A DNA stretch of 64,000 nucleotides from an uncultured Planctomycetaceae bacterium (GCA_963785305.1 CAWAUV010000007.1:160001-224000); one strand, 5' to 3'; shown: positions 19,751 through 29,930, counted from the stretch's first letter. The notes: generated by a model from the sequence alone, not told the origin. Made by a program: numbers and translations.

Positions 19751-20773
19751 TTTAGGACCGTCTCGAAAAGCTCGTCAAAGCTCCAGACGTGGCCGGCGAT
19801 CCTGGCCATCATGGCAGCCGTCCCCCGCTTTTGGCCACTCTTGCCAGGCTTCCTGGTCTGCCAGCAGTAATTGTAGTATGCCGCGAACATGGCGAAAGCC
19901 GCTTTCAGGTTCCGCAGCTTCTTCGAGAAGCAGTAAGTCAGCCGGTTGAGCCGCTTCATAAACAGCCGTTGCGTGCCATTCAGCCGTTCGACATGGCTTG
20001 TGCATATCGTGAAGCGTTCATCGTCGCCTATCCCCTTGATGCCCTTCCGCACGGTGCCGACCATTTCTGACGGGGTATAGATCATGGTGGCGTTGCGGTA
20101 TTCCTTGCGGATCGTCCCGAACTTCACGTAGGGGCCAAAGGCGAGGTCAACGGCTTCCGGGTAGGCCGCGAAACAGTCGGTTGAGATTTGGGTAATGGGC
20201 TTGTATCCGCCGGCCTGATAGCTGTGGGCGTCGCTGGCGTGAGCGTTCGGGAACACCAGCCGGCCGGCGATGTCCGACATGAAGCGACGCGCGTTGTCCG
20301 CGCTCCGCTTGCCGATGAGGAAGCCCGGCATCAACTTGGTTTTCTGGTCGATGCAGGTCCAGAGGTACATATCTCCCAGTTCGCTGGAATGCTCCCGTTC
20401 GTTCATTGTGAGGCGGCTCTGCTTTTTTCCCACGTAGGTCCATTGTTCGTCGAACTGCAAATGCGTCAGTGTGAGGCCTGCGCATGCGCTGGTCCAGGAA
20501 CCGTTGGCAGGCGTCGCCGAAGAACACGATTAGCTTGCAAATTGTGTCGCGGTGAATTTCAGTGATGCGCTCCGTGGCGCGGATGCTGTTACCTTCAGTC
20601 AAGAGCCGCAAGGCCAGCTTGGCATCGACAACGGGAACGTACATTGAGCCAAGCGGCTTGGCCGGCTTCACGTCAACCCACGTCTTGCCGCACATTCGGC
20701 AGCGGAAACGCTGGTTGCCGTGTCGGTCGCGGCCGTGCTTCTTCGTGGTGGCGTGGGCACATGCGATCATCAT
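19747..20773 (-). CDS. IS1-family transposase (frameshift near 20485)
   Basis: N-terminal zinc ribbon (QRFRCRMCGK), GNSIRATER HTH, QFDEQWTYVGKK, TSHVER and FSKK motifs across two frames. Confidence 0.85.
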
Positions 20774-20924
20774 TTGCGGAGTCGCTTTCGTAAGCGGCTT
20801 CCGCTACAATCCGGTTAGTGGGACGGGATCGGGCGAAAGCCTGGTTTTGTTCTTAGCCCCATTGCTGCCTTGCCGGGCGGCTTTGGGGTTTTTTCGTTGA
20901 GCTTGCCGGCCCAACGCTGTTAAT

Positions 20925-20981
20925 TGTACAGACGTTTAATTGACGGTCAATAGGCTTGCGAAAAGATTTTTCGTCTGTACA
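20925..20981. promoter_or_regulatory. Inverted-repeat operator between divergent transposase and RHH-like gene
   Basis: TGTACAGACG (20925-20934) / CGTCTGTACA (20972-20981) flanking the palindrome ATTGACGGTCAAT. Confidence 0.55.
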
Positions 20982-20989
20982 CTGTTGAC

Positions 20990-21163
20990 ATGGAAAAAAA
21001 CAAACGCGGTCGACCGCCCAAGTCCGATGACGAACGGCGCGAAATCAGATTCCAGATTCGTCTATCCCAAGCCGAGCTAGAGCTTCTAGACCGCGCAGCG
21101 GGCGGAAAGACTTCCACCTGGGCGAGAAAGACGCTTATAGCCGCCGCTAGGCGCGCCAAATGA
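20990..21163 (+). CDS. Small ribbon-helix-helix-like DNA-binding protein
   Basis: Manual translation MEKNKRGRPPKSDDERREIRFQIRLSQAELELLDRAAGGKTSTWAR... (57 aa, below the ORF-track cutoff). Confidence 0.65.
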   Translation: MEKNKRGRPPKSDDERREIRFQIRLSQAELELLDRAAGGKTSTWARKTLIAAARRAK

Positions 21164-21257
21164 TCGGGTGGACATGCGGCGATTTGCACGCCGGACCGAA
21201 GTGCTTATAAAGCACGGATCGCACTGCGCCACGCCCAATTAGCAGAGCAGGTAGCAT

Positions 21258-21821
21258 ATGGACCAAGAGAAAGCGGACGCCGAAGTCCAAGCGATAATCG
21301 ACCGCCTCGCCAGCGTGATGCGCGGATTGCTCGAAGTATGTCGCAATGAAACAGATCGCGGAACGGTGTTGGTAGCAGCAGAGTTTTTGAGCGACTCTCT
21401 AAACATGCTGCTGAGAGTGAAATTCACCAGCACGCAAACCTCTATCGCTGAGCAGAAAAAATTATTGAAGGGTATTGCTGCTCCGTTTGGGTCATTCGGA
21501 ATGCGGATCGCGGTATGTAGAGCATTCGCGTTGCTTCCCCCCGAGCATTGTAGCGCAATGAATGCGCTACGTGAGGTCCGCAACTATTTTGCACACTCGA
21601 CCGAGCGTGTCGGCCTTTCAGACACGGCGATAAACAAATGGGTTCGCCAGCTTCTCGATTATCTTGACGAACACAATACGCCAGCGACGGCAGACAGACT
21701 AATGATAAACTTGGTTGTGCTGAAAGCGATCAAGGCCGTGATTAGCAACACCCAGGAAATCAGTCGCTCCATGCCTGGGATGCGGCCGTCAGATATGCCA
21801 CCAATCGAGCCTCAGTTGTGA
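21258..21821 (+). CDS. MtlR-like HEPN-superfamily protein
   Basis: ETDRG..LV, PFGSFGMRI and an RxxxxH motif (RNYFAH). Confidence 0.65.
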   Translation: MDQEKADAEVQAIIDRLASVMRGLLEVCRNETDRGTVLVAAEFLSDSLNMLLRVKFTSTQTSIAEQKKLLKGIAAPFGSFGMRIAVCRAFALLPPEHCSAMNALREVRNYFAHSTERVGLSDTAINKWVRQLLDYLDEHNTPATADRLMINLVVLKAIKAVISNTQEISRSMPGMRPSDMPPIEPQL

Positions 21822-21996
21822 GCGCGGGCCATATTTCGACAACCTCACCAGCTACATTATTTCTCCAGTCGTTCACTGGCAAGGCGAGAGCCCATTCTGG
21901 ACGTTCAATGGCTTCGACCGGATCGCGTGGGTCTAGCCCGGGATGCTGGCGGCATGCACGCAAAAGAAAATCGATCGCCGTTTCACGGTCAATCAC
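21760..21996 (-). CDS. Hypothetical passenger protein
   Basis: 78 aa ORF inside the IS right end. Confidence 0.4.
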   Translation of the reverse strand: MIDRETAIDFLLRACRQHPGLDPRDPVEAIERPEWALALPVNDWRNNVAGEVVEIWPALTTEARLVAYLTAASQAWSD

Positions 21997-22250
21997 GCTT
22001 CACCCCCCCCACTACCGAAAATCCAGCAACTCAGATTTAGGACACCACCCCGAAATCCGGGAAGCAGTCGGCTTTCTGCGTCACGGGAGTATGGCCGATG
22101 TCCGAGTCGCTGGTTCGTGTTGTCGCCGCGGTCATTGCGAGAGGGGAGGGAGCGCAGCCGGCCCGACATCTTCGCGCCCCACTCTGCCCATTCTGGGCTC
22201 GCTCTAAAATGACGCCTTGCTTGGCATTCCGGCTGGATTCTGCGGCTCCG

Positions 22251-22568
22251 TCATATCGCCACATGCTCCATCATCCAGCGAAAGGCGTCGGCTTGCGAGC
22301 GCACCGGCATTCCATTCTTGAGATAGGCCGACTTTGCCATCAGCCCAGCCCAGATGCGTTTGAACGTGATGTGCTGATCGTTCGTCAGCGGGTCGCAATG
22401 AAGCGAGCGAGTCGCGTATAGCTTGCCATCGTATTCGCCGATGGGCACTTCGATCAGTCCGCGCAGGGGCTCTTTGAATTCTGGCTCGGCCGACACCTGC
22501 GATTTCTCGACGTCCGGTTTCGCTGGTTCTGTGACGCTCGGCAGTTTGTCCTGGTTTTTCTTGGTCAT
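22251..22568 (-). CDS. Phage hypothetical protein
   Basis: Co-oriented and overlapping with the upstream gene after terL. Confidence 0.55.
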   Translation of the reverse strand: MTKKNQDKLPSVTEPAKPDVEKSQVSAEPEFKEPLRGLIEVPIGEYDGKLYATRSLHCDPLTNDQHITFKRIWAGLMAKSAYLKNGMPVRSQADAFRWMMEHVAI

Positions 22569-22825
22569 CGAACTTGCTCTCCATTTAATGTATCTGCCTG
22601 TTTGAACAAATCCCGCAACTCCCAAAACCCGTCGCTCATCTTGACGCCCATGCCGCGGCAGTGGTCGCAGGGGATCTTCTGCTGGACGCCTTGGCTGGAC
22701 ACGCCGCTGGCCAACTGCTCCGGGCTCAGCGCGGCGACGAACTCAGCCCACTTCGGGTTCGGGATTTCCTTTTGCCCCCTGCACTTGGCGCAAGGCTCGC
22801 TGTAGACCGTTATTTCATGTGCCAT
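22565..22825 (-). CDS. Small zinc-finger protein (CxxCxG repeats)
   Basis: CAKCRG ... CDHCRGMG. Confidence 0.6.
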   Translation of the reverse strand: MAHEITVYSEPCAKCRGQKEIPNPKWAEFVAALSPEQLASGVSSQGVQQKIPCDHCRGMGVKMSDGFWELRDLFKQADTLNGEQVR

Positions 22826-22837
22826 AGGTCCCTTTCG

Positions 22838-25015
22838 TCAAACATTCCGCTGGCTCAGGACGAACGCCCGGCCGTCCGGGGTCGCGATCGGCGGGATTAG
22901 CGGCTGAGACTGGCTCGGCGCGGGCGCCGCCGGCTTGTTTGGCAGCAGCTTGACCCCGCACATATCACCGGCGGCGCACGCCATGTAGGTCGCATCCAGC
23001 CAATGGTTATTCCGATTCGTCGCGTGCCAGCCTTCCTTGGTCCCCTTGCCGTCAACGAACTTTTCCCGCCAGACTTCCGCGACGATGTGCTGTGAGAACG
23101 AATGGTGGCAACGCCTGTCGCTCGCGTCCGGTTGCCAGAGCGACAACGCCCCGCGTCGCATCGTGCCGTCATCGTTAAACGTCGGCGTCATAAACCGATT
23201 GTGAACCCACGATTTCCAGTGATTTGAGTCCAGGTTGTGCAGCCAGATCCCATCGTCCTTTTGCAGCGTGAGGTTCCAGTGCCAGCCGACGCGATTTGTC
23301 TCGGGGTTCGGCTGTGGCTGTCGGTAGTGGTCGCCCCAGCCCTTGGAAGCGCAAAACGGCAGACCGGATTCACGGATGAACGAATAGACCGCCTGCTGCA
23401 AATTACCGTCGCCGGAGTCCACCAGCACCCGCTTGACCTCGTGCGCCACGCCGCTTTCGTCCAGATACCGGAACGCCTGCAACTCCGACCGCCAGCCGTG
23501 CAACGCCTGCTTAACGGCCAGGTCGATCGTGGCCCGATCCTCGACTTTGACCGTGCCGTGGACCTCGACGACGCCGTAGTCGATCACGTAGCCGATCGCG
23601 CCCTCAAGCCAGGCGATCACAACCCAATGGCAATACGTCTTGCCGACGTCAATGGCGCCTGTGACCGCGATGCAGCCTGTCGGGATAGCTCGCTGCTCCA
23701 GCCGGTTGGTTCGGCTGGCAACCAATGTCGCTGAGATTACGCTCTGTTCGACCGCATCCGCCTCTGGTGGCGCATTGTCATATTCCGTGGCCACCGCCTC
23801 CGGGCCGATACGAGCGACTTCGTTGTAGTAGAACTGCAAGGCGGTCAACTCGCTCGGCATGTGCCGGTTCGGATTGGACACCACCGCACCGGCGTTCATC
23901 GCCTCGAAGTTGGCCTCGTAGAATTCGTGGGCGTTGCTCGTTCCGTTCTGCCAATCAAGGTGCTTCAGGAAGATGTATTCCTGCCACAAGTCCGCCCGCT
24001 CCGGAGGTTTGACCAGAAACCGGAACCGCTTGCCGTTCCAACTCGGCTTCTGCTTGGGATCGGTAAACTTGTAAGAGACGCATGTCCGGTTTTGCAGGGT
24101 CGTCAGCATCACCCGGGACACGCGACGACGCTGGCTGCCCAGTCCCGCGATTGCTCGATCGATCCTGTCTTCGAGCTTGGCGGCCTGCTCTTCGCTGCGC
24201 ACCGTTTCCTCTGTATCGGGGTCGTCGATGCCGGCGACGTCGACACGCAAGCCCTTCTTTTTCATACCGCGCACTGCTGAATCGAGCCCGCGCGTGGCCA
24301 TGATTGCGCCGGCCGACGGCGAGCCTGGCACATTCGGGAAAATGATCTGCTGTCCGGACCACACGAACCGGCTACTCGCCTGGTCGTAGCCCTCGCCGGT
24401 ATCGTGCCTGGCGCCGCTGACGAGTTGGTAATGGGCCCGGTTCGGCGTGTTTTCCAGCGCCCGAACCGGCGCGCAAACCTCGGGATAGTCCGCGGCCAGC
24501 CGGTCGTTGGTCTCGATCTCCGTCTTGATGGAGATGAGCGAGTCCTCGGCGGCGCTGCCAGTGGCCGCGAACAGCACGGAGAACTTGATCGCGCCGGCCA
24601 GTGTGTATTTCAAGAGCATGCGTTCAAACAAGGTGGTTTTTCCCTCCCCGCGCGACGCCGCGAGCGCCTGATCGCCGCCGTCCACAATGGCGGCCCTGAT
24701 CGCCTCGATCATCTCGCATTGTTGGCCCGTGAATTCGTAAGTAAACGGGGAAGCAGTTCCGCTTTCCGGCGCAAAGTACCACATGAGCCAAGCAACGTCG
24801 GCCTCCAGCGAGCGCGGCTCCAACCTCACTCGCCGCTCGCGATCCTCGCACGGCGGGACCTGCACGCCACGCTCCGACCGCCGGCGCTCCGCCATCAAGG
24901 CCCGCTGCGACTCCCGCACGCCGCCCGTGCCGCCCACCAATGCCCGATAAGCCCTGTCGATCTCCTGCTTCTTCTTTTTGATCGCAACGAGTTTCGGGTT
25001 TTGCTTTGCCGCCAT
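22838..25015 (-). CDS. Terminase large subunit, GpA-like
   Basis: Walker A ASRGEGKT, IDDPDT, nuclease motifs IDVG, VDSG and NHWLD. Confidence 0.88.
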   Translation of the reverse strand: MAAKQNPKLVAIKKKKQEIDRAYRALVGGTGGVRESQRALMAERRRSERGVQVPPCEDRERRVRLEPRSLEADVAWLMWYFAPESGTASPFTYEFTGQQCEMIEAIRAAIVDGGDQALAASRGEGKTTLFERMLLKYTLAGAIKFSVLFAATGSAAEDSLISIKTEIETNDRLAADYPEVCAPVRALENTPNRAHYQLVSGARHDTGEGYDQASSRFVWSGQQIIFPNVPGSPSAGAIMATRGLDSAVRGMKKKGLRVDVAGIDDPDTEETVRSEEQAAKLEDRIDRAIAGLGSQRRRVSRVMLTTLQNRTCVSYKFTDPKQKPSWNGKRFRFLVKPPERADLWQEYIFLKHLDWQNGTSNAHEFYEANFEAMNAGAVVSNPNRHMPSELTALQFYYNEVARIGPEAVATEYDNAPPEADAVEQSVISATLVASRTNRLEQRAIPTGCIAVTGAIDVGKTYCHWVVIAWLEGAIGYVIDYGVVEVHGTVKVEDRATIDLAVKQALHGWRSELQAFRYLDESGVAHEVKRVLVDSGDGNLQQAVYSFIRESGLPFCASKGWGDHYRQPQPNPETNRVGWHWNLTLQKDDGIWLHNLDSNHWKSWVHNRFMTPTFNDDGTMRRGALSLWQPDASDRRCHHSFSQHIVAEVWREKFVDGKGTKEGWHATNRNNHWLDATYMACAAGDMCGVKLLPNKPAAPAPSQSQPLIPPIATPDGRAFVLSQRNV

Positions 25016-25022
25016 CCATCGC

Positions 25023-25235
25023 CTACCTATGCCCCTTCGGCTTCGTCAGTCGCATCCCAAAGTATGCGGCGACTCTGGCCGCGAATTGCAATTGAATGCT
25101 GGTTTCTTCGTTCACGAAGCGACTCAATGTTGATTGCTGCACCCCTGACGCCTTGGCGATCGCATTGACCGATTGACCACTGTTCTTGATGGCGTCGCGA
25201 AGCTGCTCTTCGATGTTGTTGGCAGTCTTTTTCAT
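25023..25235 (-). CDS. XRE/Cro-like HTH protein
   Basis: SVNAIAKASGVQQSTLSRFV HTH. Confidence 0.8.
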   Translation of the reverse strand: MKKTANNIEEQLRDAIKNSGQSVNAIAKASGVQQSTLSRFVNEETSIQLQFAARVAAYFGMRLTKPKGHR

Positions 25236-25328
25236 GTTTTTTCTTATCGTGGCGATTCTATCTATTGCCCGGCGTTATGCTTTTATGCATAATTCAAGTG
25301 TAAGGCATGGCAGCAAGGCCGACAACGT

Positions 25329-25757
25329 ATGACACCCGGATACCGACAAGACGAGCTTGACGCCGCGGGCATAATGCCGGAGCAAATTGCCTGCATCTAT
25401 GGCGAGCTGCGCCACCGTGAGCGGTTGCGACGCGAGTGGAAGTGGAGCCTGCGTGGCCACTTTTTTGCAATGACGAGCTGCAAGACCGGCCAGCGATACA
25501 AGGCGCGCCACCGCAGGGCGTTTGCCGACGGCGACATGACGTGCCTGCCAAGCTTTGACGTGCTGGCGCAAGAAATCGCCAGTCATTACCCAGAGCTGTC
25601 CGGCGACGACTGCTGCCAGAGACTGTTCGACCTGATTAGCGAGCGAGTTGATCGTCTGCCGCCAGCGGAAGACACGTACCGCAACGCGATAGACACAATT
25701 CTTGATGACGCGACCGTTGGCGTTTGCGAACGCCATAGCACGAACGAACCGTTTTAG
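25329..25757 (+). CDS. Hypothetical protein
   Basis: 142 aa ORF divergent from the HTH gene. Confidence 0.55.
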   Translation: MTPGYRQDELDAAGIMPEQIACIYGELRHRERLRREWKWSLRGHFFAMTSCKTGQRYKARHRRAFADGDMTCLPSFDVLAQEIASHYPELSGDDCCQRLFDLISERVDRLPPAEDTYRNAIDTILDDATVGVCERHSTNEPF

Positions 25758-25793
25758 TGACGCCGTTTTGTTTAACAGCACAGGAGCACTACA

Positions 25794-25991
25794 ATGCACG
25801 ATGCCGCCAGACATGACGCCGAACCATTCCGCCTGCGCAACGACCCGCCCAAACCAAAAAAGAACGTCTTCGCCGGCCACGGCGGCATTCGGCAGATTTC
25901 CCTGTTCATGGGATTGAACGATCTGCCGGGGCAGACGTACCTGATACCGGAGCAGGAAACAGAGGACCAACGCAATGCCAGGGATATATAA
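25794..25991 (+). CDS. Hypothetical protein
   Basis: AGGAG ribosome-binding site upstream; 65 aa. Confidence 0.5.
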   Translation: MHDAARHDAEPFRLRNDPPKPKKNVFAGHGGIRQISLFMGLNDLPGQTYLIPEQETEDQRNARDI

Positions 25992-26430
25992 CGGATTCAC
26001 GGGCAGCCACCGAATGAAGGGTTACAGATGGTTGATGAACGAATACGCTGCCGGCCGGCGCCACAAGCCGACCCAATGCGACGTCTGCGGCCAGACGCAG
26101 GGCGTGATCGAGCCGCACTCCGAGGACTACTCCGAACCGTTCGGTGACAACATTGGACGCTGGGGCCTCTGCTACCGCTGCCACATGATGCTGCATTGCC
26201 GGTTCCGCAACCCGGAAGGGTTCCGCTTCTATTGTGAGACGCTGGCGAAGGGTCTGCGGTTCGGGGCGCTGCTGACTCGCAACTTCCCGGCTGTGCTAGG
26301 CCAACATGCGCGCGGCCGATGCACAGCGCCGACTGAGCCCGCGGAAGGCCCGCTGCCGGGATTCCAGGCGTTGTTCGACGAGGGCCAGCGAGTTCTCGCC
26401 GCCCGAACCGGTCAGGCCAAGTTGTTCTAA
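25975..26430 (+). CDS. HNH-like zinc-binding protein
   Basis: CDVCG...H.EDY...LCYRCH...H pattern. Confidence 0.55.
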   Translation: MPGIYNGFTGSHRMKGYRWLMNEYAAGRRHKPTQCDVCGQTQGVIEPHSEDYSEPFGDNIGRWGLCYRCHMMLHCRFRNPEGFRFYCETLAKGLRFGALLTRNFPAVLGQHARGRCTAPTEPAEGPLPGFQALFDEGQRVLAARTGQAKLF

Positions 26431-26972
26431 CCATTGGTCTTTCCCGTCTTCGTCTTGCGGCTTTCGGCCGGATACCACGCCTTCGAGTACGGCGCGTCGG
26501 CGAGATTGCGAGCCTTGAAGATCGAGTCCTGATAGAGCAGGTCCACCTCGTCGCGCGACGCCCCGATGCCAACCGCGATCTCCTCGGGCATCAAGCCATG
26601 TTCGTCGATAAGTTGCTTCACCAGCTCTGACATCCGCACCGCGACGTGGCTCCCCTTCGCCCGGTTGATGCGCACCGTGAGCATCTTGGCCTCGGCTTCG
26701 TCGACGTCCAGCCTGGCGCACGGAACCTTGCCCTCATATCGCTCGCGGATTGTCTTGCTGTCCTGCGCCAGGCGCCAGCGATGGAACCCGTCGATGATCG
26801 TGTTGGCCCGGGAGATCAAGATTGGCTGCACCCAACCCGTGCGCACGATGCTGGTCTCCAGTAGCTTCAGTTCGAGCTTGAACACGACGTTCGGGTTCCA
26901 GGCGTTGGCATTCAGTTCCGCCGCGGCCACCCACTCAATCGAGCAAATCGGGTCGTCCACAAATGGTTTCAT
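26427..26972 (-). CDS. ParB/Srx-domain protein (IbrB-like)
   Basis: ANAWNPN, GWVQPI, IIDGFHR and TVRINRAKG motifs; ATGA overlap with the GNAT gene. Confidence 0.85.
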   Translation of the reverse strand: MKPFVDDPICSIEWVAAAELNANAWNPNVVFKLELKLLETSIVRTGWVQPILISRANTIIDGFHRWRLAQDSKTIRERYEGKVPCARLDVDEAEAKMLTVRINRAKGSHVAVRMSELVKQLIDEHGLMPEEIAVGIGASRDEVDLLYQDSIFKARNLADAPYSKAWYPAESRKTKTGKTNG

Positions 26973-27328
26973 TGCTTGACCAGCCTCCACGCTCCGTTGG
27001 GCAGTTGATTCTTGCGCGTGAAGCCGCGCGACTCGTAAAACGCCGGGTTGTACGCCAGGACCTCGATCACCTTGTACGGGCCGCTGGCCGCCTTCCGCAG
27101 CAGCTCGTCGGTCATTGCAGAACCGATGCCGCGACCCCTCCATTCCGGATGCACGTAGATGCCCTTGATTCGCACGGCGTCGCGGCCGACTTCTATCAGG
27201 GCACAGAATCCCTCATGCCGCGGAGTGCGATACCATGTCGTCCGCTTCGTGTCGGAAACAGACACGTGATCCTTCGCCGCGGCCCGGCTGTGTTTTGCCA
27301 CCGCGCTATACGGTACTTCTTCGAGCAT
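26969..27328 (-). CDS. GNAT acetyltransferase
   Basis: VHPEWRGRGIG and FYESRGF motifs. Confidence 0.85.
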   Translation of the reverse strand: MLEEVPYSAVAKHSRAAAKDHVSVSDTKRTTWYRTPRHEGFCALIEVGRDAVRIKGIYVHPEWRGRGIGSAMTDELLRKAASGPYKVIEVLAYNPAFYESRGFTRKNQLPNGAWRLVKQ

Positions 27329-28391
27329 TTGCCGCCTGTTGCTTCTTGTTGAGTGGCTGAATCACTCGCTTCACGCTTCCCGATACGAGCGCTTTCAGCA
27401 ATAGTTCGCTCGGGTATGCGTTGGGATTCCGGCGCTGCAATACCACGAAGTCTCGGAGTCGCTTTTCAGCCATCACCTTCTGCTTGGGATCTTCAATCCG
27501 CTCGTCGATGTACCGCCGGCAACCATCGAGCCCGTCGTCGAATTTGTCTCGAACCGCCGCGGCGTCGTACTCGCCCCAATACCGATCCTGCACCTCCACC
27601 TCGGGGAACACGTCGAGCACGCGCTGATAAAAGTCCGGGTCTTGAACTCGCCACGTTCCCAGCCGCTTGGCGCTCTCGGCATGCAGTGGCGTAGAGACCC
27701 GCAGATTGTTTCCCGACAGATGCTGCGCATCATAGATCGGACACCACCGCACGCCATTTTCGCCCATCCATTTGAAAATGTCGTTCTCACTCCAATCGTA
27801 GATCGGCTTGCACAGTCGCACGCGAGTCTTGCCGCTTTCGCCCGCCTTGCAGATGTAGTTGTCATTGAGCTTATTGACCACGGATCGGTAGCGGATCAGC
27901 GACTCCGCGGCCCTCACGCCGGTTATGAACGCGACCGAGCCGGGCAGCCCGCGGGCACAATACTCGTCGCAACTGTACTGAGATACCACCTCGTATTGAT
28001 CGGCGCCCTGCACAATCGCCCAGGCCGGCTTCTGCCTCACCCACTGGCGGTCGCGGTCCCATTGAACGTACGAAATTCGCTTGCCGAGGATGAACTTCTC
28101 GGATTGCAGCGGCACGCAGAACCACCGCATTGTCACCCATGATTTCTGCCGGTAGCCGTCAACGAAGTCGATGACGTTGTCGGGAATCAACTCCTCGTCG
28201 CGGAACACAACGTTGACCTGCGACAGCCCTCGCTCCTGCGCCACTCGCCAGGTCAATTCAAGGCAGACCAGCGAATCCTTGCCGCCGGAGAAGCAGACCG
28301 CCACGCTGTCGAACAAATCAAAGACGTGGTGAAGTCGGCGTTTTGCCTCGGTCACAACGTCAGTCTCGATAAATTTTTTGTATCGCGCCAT
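27306..28391 (-). CDS. PAPS-reductase-family PP-loop protein (IbrA-like)
   Basis: FSGGKDS, GVRAAESLIR and PIYDW motifs. Confidence 0.85.
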   Translation of the reverse strand: MARYKKFIETDVVTEAKRRLHHVFDLFDSVAVCFSGGKDSLVCLELTWRVAQERGLSQVNVVFRDEELIPDNVIDFVDGYRQKSWVTMRWFCVPLQSEKFILGKRISYVQWDRDRQWVRQKPAWAIVQGADQYEVVSQYSCDEYCARGLPGSVAFITGVRAAESLIRYRSVVNKLNDNYICKAGESGKTRVRLCKPIYDWSENDIFKWMGENGVRWCPIYDAQHLSGNNLRVSTPLHAESAKRLGTWRVQDPDFYQRVLDVFPEVEVQDRYWGEYDAAAVRDKFDDGLDGCRRYIDERIEDPKQKVMAEKRLRDFVVLQRRNPNAYPSELLLKALVSGSVKRVIQPLNKKQQAANARRSTV

Positions 28392-28559
28392 GACTCAATA
28401 ATTGTGGGCGCCACAAGTCGGCATCGACTTGCGACTTGCATCTATTTTCAAAATCTTCCGGATTTTCTTATTCAAGCTATTGTATTTCGGTTGAGTAATA
28501 CTATTATGCGTGTGTTGAGTGTAATACGAAACCGAAAACAAACGCGGAGGGAAACGACG

Positions 28560-29405
28560 ATGAACGCCAGCCAAATGACCTACGGGGTTGAGTTTGAGGT
28601 AATGCTGCCCGCGAGCGTGCAGATTGCCGTGGGCGGTTACCACCGCGGATTGCAAGTGCGGGGCCTGCCCCTTGGCTGGAACGCCCAGAACGACGGCAGC
28701 ATCCAAGCGCTGCCCGGATACCGGGGCGTCGAGATTGTGAGCCCGATCCTGAAGGGCGCCGACGGGGTTCGCCAGATAATTGCCGTGTGCGAATGGCTGA
28801 AGGTTGTGGGCGCCAAGGTGAACCGGAGCACCGGATTCCATGTGCATGTTGGCTTTGCCGGGACCGCAAAGCAGTTGGCCGTGCTGACCGGACTGGTGAG
28901 CTACCACGAGACCGCCCTGTACGCCAGCACGGGAACCAAGAGCCGCGAGCAGGGCACATACAGCCGGCCGATTAAGAACTCCGCAGAACACAAGACGGTG
29001 GCCCAGATGGGCAGCGCCATGACGGCCCGATACCACTCCCTGAACTTGACCAACCTGCAATACGGGAACAAGCCGACTGTTGAATTCCGCCTGTTTGCCG
29101 GGACCTGCAACGCGATGAAGGCGATTGGCTACGTGCGGATGTGCCTTGCGTTGGTTGAGAAGTCCCTGGAAATGAAGGTGCTGCCGAAGTGGGACGCCAA
29201 AGCCCCGGAAGCCACGAGCAAGGCCGCCCGACGCGGCGCCGGCAAGTTTGCCTTGGCCCGCTTTTATAACTGCTTTGGCTGGACCAAGGGCAAGACCAAG
29301 AACGTGTACGGCAACGTGGCCGCCGAGGAGGTGGCCTTTGACGCCACGAAGAAGATTTTGAGCGAAATGGCCGCCAAGTACGACGGCCGAGGAACGCAAG
29401 AGTAG
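28560..29405 (+). CDS. Putative amidoligase (COOH-NH2 ligase, Amidoligase_2 type)
   Basis: GVEFE, DGSI, EIVSPIL, GFHVHVG, RYHSLN and TVEFR motifs; AT-rich promoter-like region upstream. Confidence 0.85.
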   Translation: MNASQMTYGVEFEVMLPASVQIAVGGYHRGLQVRGLPLGWNAQNDGSIQALPGYRGVEIVSPILKGADGVRQIIAVCEWLKVVGAKVNRSTGFHVHVGFAGTAKQLAVLTGLVSYHETALYASTGTKSREQGTYSRPIKNSAEHKTVAQMGSAMTARYHSLNLTNLQYGNKPTVEFRLFAGTCNAMKAIGYVRMCLALVEKSLEMKVLPKWDAKAPEATSKAARRGAGKFALARFYNCFGWTKGKTKNVYGNVAAEEVAFDATKKILSEMAAKYDGRGTQE

Positions 29406-29468
29406 GGGAACACGATGGCGAGCCGGCGTGGCGCCGGCCGCCGACACTAACCGCGCAGGAGACTGACG

Positions 29469-29894
29469 ATGACACGACCAGCGGCCGAATACGTGACCGA
29501 TACCGCCCACTATACGCCGGAAGTGATTGAGGCCACGAAGGAGTACGCCCGAAGCAAGCCGTGGGCCGGCGACCTCGAGCAGCGCATTGAAAAGCTGCAC
29601 GCCTTCCACGACCGCCTCTGCGAGGCTTGCGAAATGGCGCGGGTGGAGATTGTGCTTAGGCAGCCCAGCACGGATGGCCCGAGCGCCGGCCGCTACCGAG
29701 CCTTGGACGGCAAGCTGATTCTGTACGGGAAGCTGTCCGTGGTTACCTACCTTTACTGGTTCGCTGCCGCCCTCTACGGAATCGAGACCCGATGCGACCA
29801 TGCCCGCCAGATGACGTTTGCCGTGAACCTGTACAAGCAATGCTTCCCGAGGAGTTTTGCCAACGCGAACCTGACCGGACCCAGTGTACGGTAG
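29469..29894 (+). CDS. Hypothetical protein
   Basis: AGGAG ribosome-binding site; lies within the amidoligase operon. Confidence 0.65.
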   Translation: MTRPAAEYVTDTAHYTPEVIEATKEYARSKPWAGDLEQRIEKLHAFHDRLCEACEMARVEIVLRQPSTDGPSAGRYRALDGKLILYGKLSVVTYLYWFAAALYGIETRCDHARQMTFAVNLYKQCFPRSFANANLTGPSVR

Positions 29895-29930
29895 GCCAAC
29901 ACCGAAACCATTTACCTGAAGGAGATAACC

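Larger units (their letters stand above)
19472..22049. mobile_element. IS1-family transporter element with passenger genes
   Basis: IRs GGTGGTGTC; 8-bp TSD CCGAAATC at 19464-19471 and 22050-22057. Confidence 0.8.

Noticed and set aside
25023..25235. HTH gene upstream of terL as the small terminase
   Set aside because: The sequence looks like an XRE/Cro regulator and lacks an oligomerisation region; position alone is insufficient.
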